The translations under genes were made by a program, and so were the position numbers. From Candidatus Hydrogenedentota bacterium (GTDB taxonomy: Bacteria > Hydrogenedentota > Hydrogenedentia > Hydrogenedentales > SLHB01): a DNA stretch of 64,000 nt. The number at the start of each line of letters is the position of its first letter. Within the stretch, counting starts at the first letter, position 1. The DNA lies in assembly GCA_963674865.2 (NCBI GenBank), contig CAXXYE010000002.1, forward strand, positions 96,001 to 160,000. The letters run 5' to 3'. Below, piece by piece: positions 19,189 to 28,962 of the stretch. The notes under the pieces are model-generated. The model saw only the letters and a program-made list of their open reading frames with translations, had not been told where the DNA came from and did not search any database.

Positions 19189-21228
19189 ATGAACGCCGCG
19201 TTTGCGATAGTGTTGGCGTTGTTCGGTGTGACGCAGCTGTGGACCGAGCCTGGTCATGTGGCTGTTTTCCCCGACTCAACGCCTGGGCCGGGGGCGTCGC
19301 GGGCGGTGCGTCTTTACGCGGCGCGTGGTGAGCGGGAGTCCTTCCAGATCTGCATCCGGCCGGGGAAGAAGGGGCTGGAAGAGGTGGAGGTCCGCGCCCC
19401 GGGATTGGATGAATCCATCGGCCCCCCCGAGGTCCACCGTGTCGGTTTTCTCCGCCTCGGGGGCTCGTTGGATGTCGATGGTGTCCTGTGGCCTGATCCG
19501 CTCTTGACGCCCGCGCCGTTCGAGGCGCCTCCCAACGAGACGCAGGCCGTCTGGCTTACCTATGCGGTGCCCGAATCGGCATCGCCGGGGCTGCACTACG
19601 GCAAGGTGGCAGTGGCGTCGAAGAAGGGGCGGACGTGGGCCTTCGACGTTACCATCGAGGTGTTTGATTTCGTCTTGCCTGAGACGCCTACGCTGCAGGC
19701 CGTGTTCCCACTGTGCCGGCGCGCCGTACGCGATGTATACGGCATAGACGACACGGACCTCGAAGCCTGGAAGCCTATCTACGGGGCGTTCGCCGGTTAC
19801 CGGTTGGCTTTAGGGCTGTGGGACGGAGGTGACCTGGTCAAGATCCAAACGAGCGGAGAAGTCGATGCGACGGCGCTCAAAGAGCATCTGGCGTACATCG
19901 TTTCCACGGCGCACTTGAGCGCGGCGCCCTTGGGGCCGGGGCCGGAGGGCCTCACCGTGTTTCCGCGCCCCTTGCCCGGGGCTGTCCAGGATCCGCTCCA
20001 ATGCTACCTGGGGGCCATGGGCGACTATCTTGAGGAGTGCGGACGGCTTGAGCGGGCCTGTTTTCAGCCGATGAGCATTTCCGAACGTCGGCGCTGGCCC
20101 GAGGCGCGCGCCGCTTGCGAGCGCGTCCGGCGCGCCGATGGGCGCATTCGCCGGATACTTGTCGGTGGGATGCACCCGTTCCTCGAACGCTATACAGACA
20201 TCTGGGCCGTGCCGCTTCGCTTCACCGATCCGCTCGCAATCGCGCGGCTGGAAGCGGGATTGTCCGTCGCGGCAAAGGCGCCGTATCGCGCTATAGATAT
20301 TGTGGCCTCGTCATCGGGCGGCCCGTCCGATCTTTCACCCTTCGCCAGTGCGCCGGAAGACGCCTACGACGGCGCGCTGGTTACCTACTGGGTTTCGGAT
20401 GCCGAACCGAGCCGGAAGGCGCCTCAATGGCTGCAGATTGCGCTTGCGGAGCGTGTGCGGACGAACCGCATCCGTGTGGGTTGGCAAACGGGGCTCGAAT
20501 CCGACGAGGTCCGGGTGCGCACCTCGTACGAAGGTGAGTCGTTCAGCATTGCCGATGTTTCTTGGGAACATCACCCGGCGCACGCTCCGTACGAGCGGAG
20601 CTGGTCGGAGGGGCGGTTCAAACGCGACAAGGCATTTACCGCCATTCGTCTCGAGTTCTTGAAAAGCACTTCCGGCGGGCCGGTTGGGATCAGCGAGGTG
20701 GAGCTGGGCAAGCCGCCCGTACCTGATTCCGTTGGCAAGATCGAGCCCGTCGAAGTGTGGCTAAGCACCCGCGAGGGCGATTTTCCTTCGTTGGCGGCCG
20801 GAGGGCAGCCCATGGAGTCGAGGCTGCTTCCGTGGGTGTGTTGGGCTTGCCGGGCGCGCGGCTTCACGCATGATGCGTTGAACCGGTGGCCCGGCGCGTG
20901 GGTGAACGCCGCGAAGGAGCAGCCTCCCATATGGACGGCCACCGAGGGAGAGATGGACGCCTTCCTCTTCTATCCTGGTTCTGCTTCTGCGATTCCCTCC
21001 ATCCGCGCGGAGCTCCTGCGGGACGGCATCGAAGACTTCGAGTACTTGTCCGCCGTCAGCGATGCCCTTGAAAGTGGAGTGATCTCGGATCCCTCCACGG
21101 GTCGATACTGCGCTCGTCTTGTATATTCTCCGGAGCGCTCACGGGCGAACATGGACGAATTGAGCCGGCGCGTTATTGAGGGGCGTGTTGCCATGGGGCG
21201 GGCGCTGACGGACTTGGCGAGGGAATAG
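19189..21228 (+). CDS. DUF4091/GH123-like protein with inserted discoidin-like (F5/8C) domain
   Basis: AARGERESFQI, WPDPL, FYPG..PSIRAELLRDGIEDFEYL; internal AYDG..TYW..PQWLQIAL..ISEVEL segment. Confidence 0.7.
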   Translation: MNAAFAIVLALFGVTQLWTEPGHVAVFPDSTPGPGASRAVRLYAARGERESFQICIRPGKKGLEEVEVRAPGLDESIGPPEVHRVGFLRLGGSLDVDGVLWPDPLLTPAPFEAPPNETQAVWLTYAVPESASPGLHYGKVAVASKKGRTWAFDVTIEVFDFVLPETPTLQAVFPLCRRAVRDVYGIDDTDLEAWKPIYGAFAGYRLALGLWDGGDLVKIQTSGEVDATALKEHLAYIVSTAHLSAAPLGPGPEGLTVFPRPLPGAVQDPLQCYLGAMGDYLEECGRLERACFQPMSISERRRWPEARAACERVRRADGRIRRILVGGMHPFLERYTDIWAVPLRFTDPLAIARLEAGLSVAAKAPYRAIDIVASSSGGPSDLSPFASAPEDAYDGALVTYWVSDAEPSRKAPQWLQIALAERVRTNRIRVGWQTGLESDEVRVRTSYEGESFSIADVSWEHHPAHAPYERSWSEGRFKRDKAFTAIRLEFLKSTSGGPVGISEVELGKPPVPDSVGKIEPVEVWLSTREGDFPSLAAGGQPMESRLLPWVCWACRARGFTHDALNRWPGAWVNAAKEQPPIWTATEGEMDAFLFYPGSASAIPSIRAELLRDGIEDFEYLSAVSDALESGVISDPSTGRYCARLVYSPERSRANMDELSRRVIEGRVAMGRALTDLARE

Positions 21229-21410
21229 CGAGGCAATCGGCGGCCGGGTCGCCAATTGTGCCGGCCATCAAGGCTACTGGTATCTCGGGGGGCAATCCGA
21301 TATCATCTGGCGCCGTCACCGAGAGCGGGTTCTCGGTGATGGGTACATGGCATGGCGCAAGTCGCCCTGTGGGGCAGGAATGATGCCGCGGCAGGGGAAG
21401 GAGAGTATCG

Positions 21411-22472
21411 ATGGCGAAGAAGCGACTTCGGGTTGGCGTGATCGGGTGCGGCGGCATTGCACAAGGATGCCATTGGCCCAATTGGAAAGAACTTGCGGAT
21501 GAGGGGCGCGTCGAGCTGATCGGGGCGTGTGACAATGTCAAAGAGCGCGCGCAGAAGGCGGCCGACGAGTTCGGCGTTAAGCGCGCCTTCAACAGCTACT
21601 CCAGTATGCTCAAGGCCGAGGAGTTCGACATTGTCGACGTGTGCACGCAGAACCGGCTGCACAAGCCGATCACGGTGGCTGCGCTCAAGGCCGGGGCTCA
21701 TGTGATCGTCGAGAAGCCGATGGCCATGAACGTGCGCGAGTGCAAAGAGATGATCGCGGCCGCCAAGGCGGGGAAGCGCAAGCTGATGGTGGCCCAGCAC
21801 ATGCGGTTTGAAGCGGCCAACGAGCGGTTCAAGGAAGTGGCGGCGAGCGGGGCGCTCGGGCAGGTTTACCACGCCAATACCCACTGGATCCGCCGGCGCG
21901 GCATTCCGGCGTGGGGGCGCTTCCATATCAAGAAGGAATCGTGCGGCGGGCCGTTAATCGACCTTGGCGTTCACGTCATGGATCTTGCCGTGTGGCTGAT
22001 GGGGTCGCCGAAGCCCGTCGCCGCTTCCGGCAAGACGTGGTGCATGTTTGGTGATCGGGACGATCTCGTCAACGGGAGCTGGGGGCGGGGCTATCCGGCG
22101 TCAGAGTACGACGTCGAGGATTATGCGGCGGCCTTTGTCCGGTTCGAGGACAACATCACGATGTCCATGGAGGTCTCGTGGGCGGCGAATATCGGCCAGG
22201 AGCGTCACGGCTTCTACATTCTGGGCGACAAGTCCGGGATCGGCACGTATCCGCAAGGCGTCTACGGTTATCGCCAAGGCGCGCTGACGACGACGAACTT
22301 CGACTGGCTTCCCAAGCAAGAAGGCCACCGCATGGAGATCCGGCACTTCACGGAGTGTGTCGAGAAGAATCTTCCGGTGCGGGTGCAGCCGGAGGAGTCC
22401 CTCAATATACAGAAGATTATCGACGCTATTTACGAGTCGTCGAAGAGGAATCGCGAGGTACTTATCAAGTAG
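21411..22472 (+). CDS. Gfo/Idh/MocA family oxidoreductase
   Basis: GVIGCGGIA, HVIVEKPMA, GGPLIDLGVH, DVED. Confidence 0.93.
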   Translation: MAKKRLRVGVIGCGGIAQGCHWPNWKELADEGRVELIGACDNVKERAQKAADEFGVKRAFNSYSSMLKAEEFDIVDVCTQNRLHKPITVAALKAGAHVIVEKPMAMNVRECKEMIAAAKAGKRKLMVAQHMRFEAANERFKEVAASGALGQVYHANTHWIRRRGIPAWGRFHIKKESCGGPLIDLGVHVMDLAVWLMGSPKPVAASGKTWCMFGDRDDLVNGSWGRGYPASEYDVEDYAAAFVRFEDNITMSMEVSWAANIGQERHGFYILGDKSGIGTYPQGVYGYRQGALTTTNFDWLPKQEGHRMEIRHFTECVEKNLPVRVQPEESLNIQKIIDAIYESSKRNREVLIK

Positions 22473-22547
22473 CCGCGAGAATTCGCTCGAGCGGGGTGTC
22501 AGATTAGGTAGGCGGTGCGACGGCTTTCGTCGGCCGCCTTCTTCTTG

Positions 22548-22934
22548 TCAGTCCGCGGGGCCGGGCAGGGCTTCGGGAGGGAGGTGCCTGACGAGCATGT
22601 CTTGCACGGTGTGCAATTCGGCGCCCTTGGGCATTTCGTCGGTTGCTCCGGCGTTTTGCATGGCCCGGCGATCGTCATCCGGCGTTGTGAGGAATACGAT
22701 GGGAAGGGCTGGCGAGATCTCCGGGTCCTCCCGGAGCATCTTGCAGGTTTCGCATCCGTCGAAGACCGGGAGTGAGACGGCGAGAAAGACCATGTCCGGT
22801 TGCTCGCTCAACGCCATCTCATAGGCCTCGTGGCCGTTGTAGGCGCATAGCGCGTCATGACCTGCACCGGCCAGCGCTGCCGATAGGATGTCGAGGGTCA
22901 TTGCGTCGTCATCCGCGACTAGAATGCGCGCCAT
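22548..22934 (-). CDS. Single-domain response regulator lacking the phospho-acceptor Asp
   Basis: RILVADDD..PDMVFLAVSLPVFDG..PIVFLT..K. Confidence 0.85.
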   Translation of the reverse strand: MARILVADDDAMTLDILSAALAGAGHDALCAYNGHEAYEMALSEQPDMVFLAVSLPVFDGCETCKMLREDPEISPALPIVFLTTPDDDRRAMQNAGATDEMPKGAELHTVQDMLVRHLPPEALPGPAD

Positions 22935-22958
22935 AGGGATTTCCTTTCCTCTGGCGGC

Positions 22959-23019
22959 ATTATAGGGCAGTTCTTCCACCTTTACAATGCTTGACTTCGG
23001 TTCCTTTCGAGCCTAGAAT
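22959..23019. promoter_or_regulatory. Back-to-back sigma70-type promoters
   Basis: Minus strand TTGTAA-17-TATAAT (22987-22959); plus strand TTGACT-17-TAGAAT (22991-23019). Confidence 0.65.
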
Positions 23020-23122
23020 GGCTGGAGTAAAGCCCGTTTTAGGGTGTATTTGCGCCCGTTTGCCCAGATTCAGAGAACTCTTCGGTTAAGCAGATCGAAT
23101 CAGCGTATGTGGGGTTAGAGTT

Positions 23123-23929
23123 ATGATTCGCGTTCTCCTATTGCTGTGCGTCCTTGGTGTGGGCAGCGTCCTGGCCAATGCGCAGGGAGATGACATGGAG
23201 GGCGCCGCTCCCGAGGCACCCATGCCTCCCCCCGCCATGCCAAAGCAAGGGGACGTTGTGATGTTGAAGTCGGGGGCGGTGCTGGATGGGGTGCAAGTGC
23301 TTAGGCACACGCCGAAGGAGTACGAGATCGAGCTGGTGGAAGGAACGGAGCCTCTCCGGATTCCATCCAAGCAGGTGCTTTCGGTGGAGTACGACGATAT
23401 TGACCCGCTCCGGCTGCGGCGGCAGCAGGCCCTGATGCAGAAGCAGGGAGAGGGCAATCTCATCCCCGGGCGGCGCCTGAAGCAAGAGTTGGACGAAAAG
23501 CTGCGCGTGGATCTTTCCGGATTATCCCTTGAGAAAAAAGAAGGGGACTTGGTCGACATTCTTGCCGGCCTCGGAAAGGAGTTGGGGGTGAATATCGAGG
23601 TCTCCGAGCCGGTACGGGCGAGGCCGGTTGAGCAGCGTCAGTGGTCGCTTGCGCTTGCCCCCGGCATGACGCTTCCTGCCTTGTTCAGAGAGAGTCTGTT
23701 GAAGGACTTCGGTGGCCTGGAAGTCGTCTATATGTTTGACAAGGTCCTGGTGACCACACAGGAGGACGCTAAGAAGCTGGAAGAGAGCGTTCTTCAAGGG
23801 GAAGCCGAGGGCCAGCCGGAATCCGCGAAAGAGCCAGCGCCTCCGAAGGAGCCGGAGCCTCCTGCGAAACCCGCTGCGAAGCCCGCTCCGCCTAAGAAAC
23901 CTGTTCAGGATCCCTTCTTCGCGGGCTGA
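23123..23929 (+). CDS. Secreted hypothetical protein with Pro/Lys-rich tail
   Basis: Signal peptide ending ANA; PAKPAAKPAPPKKP tail. Confidence 0.7.
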   Translation: MIRVLLLLCVLGVGSVLANAQGDDMEGAAPEAPMPPPAMPKQGDVVMLKSGAVLDGVQVLRHTPKEYEIELVEGTEPLRIPSKQVLSVEYDDIDPLRLRRQQALMQKQGEGNLIPGRRLKQELDEKLRVDLSGLSLEKKEGDLVDILAGLGKELGVNIEVSEPVRARPVEQRQWSLALAPGMTLPALFRESLLKDFGGLEVVYMFDKVLVTTQEDAKKLEESVLQGEAEGQPESAKEPAPPKEPEPPAKPAAKPAPPKKPVQDPFFAG

Positions 23930-24028
23930 TCGTGCATCTGTCGAGGGTGTAAGACGCTTGGGCAAGACACATGCTGCCCGCCCGATGCCCCGTCATCTTC
24001 TCTCAGACAATTGGCCCGAGCGGAGTTC

Positions 24029-24532
24029 CTACCAGGGCGTGTCGGGGGAGTCCGTAGTCTCGCCTGGAGGTTCCTCTTCCGTCACCGAAGGGGCGACTTC
24101 ACCGAACGAGAGATCCTTGGGGACGTCCGAATCGGAGTCGTCGTCCTCCTCCTCATCGAAGGACTCCTCCTTGTCGTCATCTTCCTCCTCGTCATCACTG
24201 GAAGCGATCTCATCGTCCTCGGAGAAGGTCTCGTCGTCCGTGTCTTCCGCGTCGGACTCGTCATCGTCATCGACGAGTTCGAGATCCTCCTCTTCCGAGA
24301 CGCTCGATTCTTCTTCCACGGGCTTGGGTGTCGCCTTTCCAGGAGCGGGCTTCGACGGCGTCGCCTTCCCTCGGCGTTTCAGCGATGGCGCCGTGCCGGC
24401 TGAGGAGGAGTCATTTCCTCCACCGATGCGGACCAGTTCAGCTTCGCAATCAGGGCACTTGAACTTCAACTTCTCCGCACCCCAGTCCACAAAGCGCCTG
24501 CTGCATTGCGGGCACTGATACTTCACCGCCAT
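24029..24532 (-). CDS. Zinc-ribbon protein with highly acidic tail (TIGR02300/FYDLN-acid-like)
   Basis: CPQC..RF.D..CPDC followed by a D/E-rich low-complexity region; RBS GAGGAGG. Confidence 0.7.
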   Translation of the reverse strand: MAVKYQCPQCSRRFVDWGAEKLKFKCPDCEAELVRIGGGNDSSSAGTAPSLKRRGKATPSKPAPGKATPKPVEEESSVSEEEDLELVDDDDESDAEDTDDETFSEDDEIASSDDEEEDDDKEESFDEEEDDDSDSDVPKDLSFGEVAPSVTEEEPPGETTDSPDTPW

Positions 24533-24698
24533 GGATGATGTTCCCTCCTCGATATGCTGCGAACGCAGCCCATTTTCCGGCTGAAGCGGGGGGATTATAG
24601 CAGAACATATTCCGGATGTGAAGCATTGAATATTGCCTTGGCACAAGGGCGTAAGTTGTTGTGGGGTAGGGTATTAACGACGGCTGTCGGCGGGGCGG

Positions 24699-25103
24699 TC
24701 ACGTGCGGGACAGTCTATGCGCAGCCAAGGCAGCCATGGCAATGGCCAAGGCGCCCGAAGCCACCGTGTATATGGACCAGGCCGGCCCAGGGAGGAGAGA
24801 AAGCGCGGATGAATTGAGGTAGGTTGCGCGGATGTAGTCCAGATTGCCCGCCAGCCCGGGCATCCATTCGACTATTCGCGAAGCCAAACCGATCCGGAAA
24901 ATGCTCGCCGCAGCGGCGAGGAGCACGGCGCCGTAACCTGCGCACATCACCCATCTCTTGAGAAAGGAGTGTCTTTCCTGCGCCAGCATTGCGCTGCATC
25001 GGACACGTACCATGACGCTATCGTGCAAGTGGGCGGGCGCCTGGCGCGCGGGTTCATCGCGGAGGGCCGATTCGATAAGTCCGTCCAGGTTAACCGGCTT
25101 CAT
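24699..25103 (-). CDS. Putative membrane anti-sigma factor
   Basis: Overlaps the ECF 3' end; ALR..P..AP..L.DSVM N-terminus followed by two TM segments. Confidence 0.6.
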   Translation of the reverse strand: MKPVNLDGLIESALRDEPARQAPAHLHDSVMVRVRCSAMLAQERHSFLKRWVMCAGYGAVLLAAAASIFRIGLASRIVEWMPGLAGNLDYIRATYLNSSALSLLPGPAWSIYTVASGALAIAMAALAAHRLSRT

Positions 25104-25698
25104 TTGTCCTACTCCCTGCCATCTCCTCTTCAACGATGCGGCGCAGTTGCTTTCTTGCGCGGTGCATCCAGGTCTTGAGCGTGCCTAAAGGGATGCACAT
25201 GAGGGCGGCGATTTCGTCGTAGGTAACTTCGTTAAGGTAGTACAGCGTGACGACTGTCGCGTAGCGTTCGGGTAGGCGCGCTACGCACCGGCGGATCAGT
25301 TCTTTGGCGTCTTCCGATTCGACAGAGGGCCGGACACTCTCTTCGGGATGGCCAGGTCGTAAGGCGACCTCGCCCCGGCGCTTGCGGCGGCTCAACTCCG
25401 TCAAGCAGACGCTGCATGTAACTTGATAGAGCCACGTCGAGAAGGCGCACTTGCCCCGGAAGCCTTTTAGAAGCCGGAAGGCCTTGAGGAACGCTTCCTG
25501 TGCCATGTCCTCGGCGGCGGTCGGGTCGCGCATGAATCGGAACGCCAAACCATACACGGCATTCTGATGGCGTAGGACCAAAGCGGAGAACGCTTCGACC
25601 TCGCCGTGTTTTGTGCGCTCGACGAGCGTTTGATCCGGATCGTTTGTCATTGGAAGCCCGGTAGTTGCCGGCCAGCACGGTATTGCCTGCGCTGTCAT
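25090..25698 (-). CDS. ECF RNA polymerase sigma factor
   Basis: AEDMAQEAFLKAF, FSTWLY, YDEIAALMCIPLGTLKTWMHRAR; start may be 25650. Confidence 0.93.
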   Translation of the reverse strand: MTAQAIPCWPATTGLPMTNDPDQTLVERTKHGEVEAFSALVLRHQNAVYGLAFRFMRDPTAAEDMAQEAFLKAFRLLKGFRGKCAFSTWLYQVTCSVCLTELSRRKRRGEVALRPGHPEESVRPSVESEDAKELIRRCVARLPERYATVVTLYYLNEVTYDEIAALMCIPLGTLKTWMHRARKQLRRIVEEEMAGSRTNEAG

Positions 25699-26612
25699 TC
25701 CGTATTCCTCGTGATCCAGATGTTGCCATTGAGCGTTTCGACGGTCAACTTCCTACCACCTTCGCCTATGACTCCCTTCAATGTTTTGCGGCCCGCCACG
25801 CCCGCCGAGGCATCCACCGGCACGCCGGCCCGGATCATGCCTGTCTCGGTGGCGGCGCTCACGACGCCGGCGGGCTTGCCGTGCAGCACGAGTGTTATAC
25901 CTCCATTCTGGCTCTTAAGCGTGCAGTCGCCCACGGCGTCCGTCAACACGCGCGTCAGGATGATCCCGTTCGCTGTGGCTGCGTCGAGCGCGCCGCCAAG
26001 CATGTGCGCGTAGATGTTGCCGTTAACCGTCGCCAATGTGGCGCCCTGCCGCGCGCCCGTCACGCGTACGCGTCCGTTGGCGCTTTGCACGGACACAGGG
26101 CCCGAAGGCCCTTGAATCTCGACATCCGCGTTGTGTCCAAGTACGGTGACGGCACGGCACCCGTCCTCTACCCAGACGTTTCCGTTGGCGTTTTCTATCT
26201 CGACGTCGGTGGCCGTGGGAACCCACACCTCGTAGTCGACACGAAGTTCGACGACGTCGGGCCGTGGTAGCGGCTCTGTGGTGACCCTCAACGTTCCGTC
26301 GGCCCGGCTCACATCAAACAGGGTCGCCGCATAGGCCCGCACTTCCTTTGCCGCGGACCTTTGCCGGGCATACACCCGGACGCGCGCCGCGAAGCGCATT
26401 TCGTCCTGGTCGTGTGTGCGGATGCGCACGGCCCCGTCCGCGTTCAAGAGGTGCAACGCCAAGGCTTTGGATTCGACAAAGACCCGCTCTTCCTCGATCA
26501 AGGGCGGCCCGACAACGGCCGGCAGGGCCGGCGCGAGGACGCCTATCGTGAAGAGCAGGACCGCCGTGGCGATGAAAGAAGCCGTAACTATGCTGCGGAG
26601 AACCGTTTTCAC
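25695..26612 (-). CDS. DUF4097 beta-strand repeat (adhesin-like) membrane-anchored protein
   Basis: Repeated xxNGxI/V motifs; N-terminal TM; GTG start placed just downstream of the ECF-type promoter. Confidence 0.8.
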   Translation of the reverse strand: MKTVLRSIVTASFIATAVLLFTIGVLAPALPAVVGPPLIEEERVFVESKALALHLLNADGAVRIRTHDQDEMRFAARVRVYARQRSAAKEVRAYAATLFDVSRADGTLRVTTEPLPRPDVVELRVDYEVWVPTATDVEIENANGNVWVEDGCRAVTVLGHNADVEIQGPSGPVSVQSANGRVRVTGARQGATLATVNGNIYAHMLGGALDAATANGIILTRVLTDAVGDCTLKSQNGGITLVLHGKPAGVVSAATETGMIRAGVPVDASAGVAGRKTLKGVIGEGGRKLTVETLNGNIWITRNTE

Positions 26613-26620
26613 ATTATTTT

Positions 26621-26702
26621 GACCCGGACTCCAGCGGCCAGGTTTCACCTCCCGCCGTGCGGTTCCGGGACGTCTTGAAACCTTGCGCCTTCGAGCCGGG
26701 TC
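26621..26702. promoter_or_regulatory. Pair of divergent ECF-type promoters TGAAACCT-N12-CCGGGTC
   Basis: Minus 26647-26621 TGAAACCTGGCCGCTGGAGTCCGGGTC; plus 26676-26702 TGAAACCTTGCGCCTTCGAGCCGGGTC; identical spacing. Confidence 0.65.
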
Positions 26703-26850
26703 GTAAGGAGTAGAAGACGGCTCCTGGCTTGCCGGTCATTTTAGGCTAAGTGTTTGTATCACGTTGGCTTAATGAGCTTGCGCGGCCGCCCCGGCGCTCA
26801 GGCGGGCAAAGCCATGGTGTTGAGCGAAGCCGAAAAAACAGGCTCTAAAC

Positions 26851-27276
26851 ATGGGTACTCTTCTCGTTGTCATACTGTTCGTGGGCATAATCGTTACCAT
26901 TATCTACGGCATTCTCCGCTCCTTGCAGCGGGTCTGGTTGCACCACCGGCTCAAAATGGCGCTCTTGCAGAAGCTCGAAGCCACTCCGCACTTGCTCGAG
27001 TCCCCTGAGGCGGTTGAGGCATTGCTCGGCACGCTTACCGCGGACGCTGCGCCTCGGCGCGACCTTGTGATTACCGGCGCTTCTCTTGCGGCCATTGGCG
27101 TGGCCTGTCTCGTGCTGGGGAAGGCCATGGCTGTCGGACGATTGGCCGTGGGGCTCTACCTGGGTGGGTGGATCTGCATTCCGCTTGGCTTGTTCATGGG
27201 ATTTGCGGGCTGGATTGTGGGGCGTCTGACGGGAAGACAGGGCGCTCTTGCGGGGGGGAAGCGGCACGACGCCTGA
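26851..27276 (+). CDS. Three-TM membrane protein (DUF6249-like)
   Basis: TM - R.KMALLQK - two Gly-rich TMs; divergent from the ECF operon. Confidence 0.6.
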   Translation: MGTLLVVILFVGIIVTIIYGILRSLQRVWLHHRLKMALLQKLEATPHLLESPEAVEALLGTLTADAAPRRDLVITGASLAAIGVACLVLGKAMAVGRLAVGLYLGGWICIPLGLFMGFAGWIVGRLTGRQGALAGGKRHDA

Positions 27277-27304
27277 TGAGGGGGACGGCGGGGCGGAACG
27301 GCCC

Positions 27305-27640
27305 TTACGATACCAACGGGCCTACCACGTGGAACCAGGTCGCGATGACAGCGCCGAGCAGGGAGGTGACGAGGAACACTCTCGCAATGGATGCGGGCAG
27401 CCTCTCGGACGGCAAGGCTTTCAGCGTCAGGTACTGCACGAAGACGAGGGCGCAAAGGCAATAGGAATAGAGCGTCCTGAGCCCGCGGGCGGCTGCGCCG
27501 TCGAGGAAATGCAGGCCGATGCCGACAATCCACAGAGACACAACCAGGATCACCGAACAGGCGATCCACCTCAGGACCTTTCGGTAGTGCGGCGCCACGC
27601 TTGTGGTCGCATTGCACTTTGATACATCTAGCATGCCCAT
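27305..27640 (-). CDS. Small membrane hypothetical protein
   Basis: Three hydrophobic segments; RBS AGGAG; TGTATAAT upstream. Confidence 0.5.
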   Translation of the reverse strand: MGMLDVSKCNATTSVAPHYRKVLRWIACSVILVVSLWIVGIGLHFLDGAAARGLRTLYSYCLCALVFVQYLTLKALPSERLPASIARVFLVTSLLGAVIATWFHVVGPLVS

Positions 27641-27924
27641 GACGCTCCTTGCGTCCTCTCTCCTGCCATGGGCCCAACGACGTGGCCTACTTCCGGTTTG
27701 CCCGGAAGCATTCCGTCAACGCCCCACCCAAGCGCTAACTACCCTATATTATACACGGTCGGCGGCCAGGTGCAAACGCAACTTGCAGAAAACGAGCGCG
27801 CCTCTCATCCATTCCTAAAGAAGGCGTGGCAGAATTTCTTCGAGGCTGCGGGCTGCTGAGTAGACATGTGTTGCGTCTGTCTGAGCATCATTTTACTGCC
27901 CGCGATTGAGAAGGACTAGAGAAA

Positions 27925-28755
27925 ATGAAACAAGGTTATCTGATTGATATGGACGGCGTGATCTACCGAGGCAGTGAGATGATCCCCGGTGCTTTGGAGT
28001 TCGTGCACGGGCTTCGCTCCGCCAGTATCCCCTTTGTTTTCCTGACGAATAACAGCCAGCGGACGCAGCGGGATATTGTGGCCAAATTGCGGCGGATGGG
28101 ATTCGACGTAGACGAGAGCCACGTGTTCACCTGCGCCATGGCCACGGCGCGGTTTCTGGCGGAGCAGAAGCCGGATGGGACGGCCTATGTGATCGGCGAG
28201 GGCGGGCTCCTCAACGCCCTCCACGCCAAGGGCTACGCCATTGTGGATCACGATCCGGATTACGTTGTCGTGGGGGAGGGGCGCACCTTGAGTTTCGAGA
28301 TGATCGAGACGGCGGTGAACATGATTCTTAACGGCGCCCGGCTCATCGCCACCAACCTGGATGCCAGTTGCCCTACGCCAAGAGGTATTCGCCCGGGATG
28401 CGGCGCCGTGACGGCCCTGCTCGAAGCGGCCACGGGCGTCAAGGCGTTCAGCGTCGGCAAACCTAGTCCCATCATGCTGCGCGCCGCCCGCAAGGAACTC
28501 GGCCTGGTGGCCTCTGAGACGACGATCATCGGTGACACGATGGAGACGGATATCCTCGGCGGCGTCCAGATGGGCTATCGTACGGTGCTGGTTCTCTCCG
28601 GTGGCACGCGGCGCTCCGATGTACGCAAGTACGGCTACCAACCTGATGTGGTTATCGAGTCCATCGCCGAGATGAGCCTCGATGGCGAAATGGAAGCGGG
28701 GATGATGACGCTGGCGCTGCCGATGGGCCCCGTTCCGGCCAAGGCAGTTTCGTGA
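27925..28755 (+). CDS. nagD: HAD-IIA (NagD-like) phosphatase
   Basis: DMDGVIY, LTNNS, GKPSP, IGDTMETDI. Confidence 0.9.
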   Translation: MKQGYLIDMDGVIYRGSEMIPGALEFVHGLRSASIPFVFLTNNSQRTQRDIVAKLRRMGFDVDESHVFTCAMATARFLAEQKPDGTAYVIGEGGLLNALHAKGYAIVDHDPDYVVVGEGRTLSFEMIETAVNMILNGARLIATNLDASCPTPRGIRPGCGAVTALLEAATGVKAFSVGKPSPIMLRAARKELGLVASETTIIGDTMETDILGGVQMGYRTVLVLSGGTRRSDVRKYGYQPDVVIESIAEMSLDGEMEAGMMTLALPMGPVPAKAVS

Positions 28756-28962
28756 AGTCAGGGAGGCTGCCGGAGTTGATCCGGTGCCCGAGCGCGTGCA
28801 AAGCGGCCCGCGAACTTGGCTCTTCCGTTACGAATTCATAACACAGTGACACGACTAGTGTTGCGGGATCCCCGATACCGCGCTAATGGTTCGCGATACG
28901 CCGTAATTGGCACCAACGCTGCACAAGCAACCGCACAATTCAGTCCCGTCTCCGCAATCTGT

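Noticed and set aside
24110..24320. Microsatellite-like TCG/TCC repeats
   Set aside because: Simply the Asp/Glu codons of the acidic protein tail
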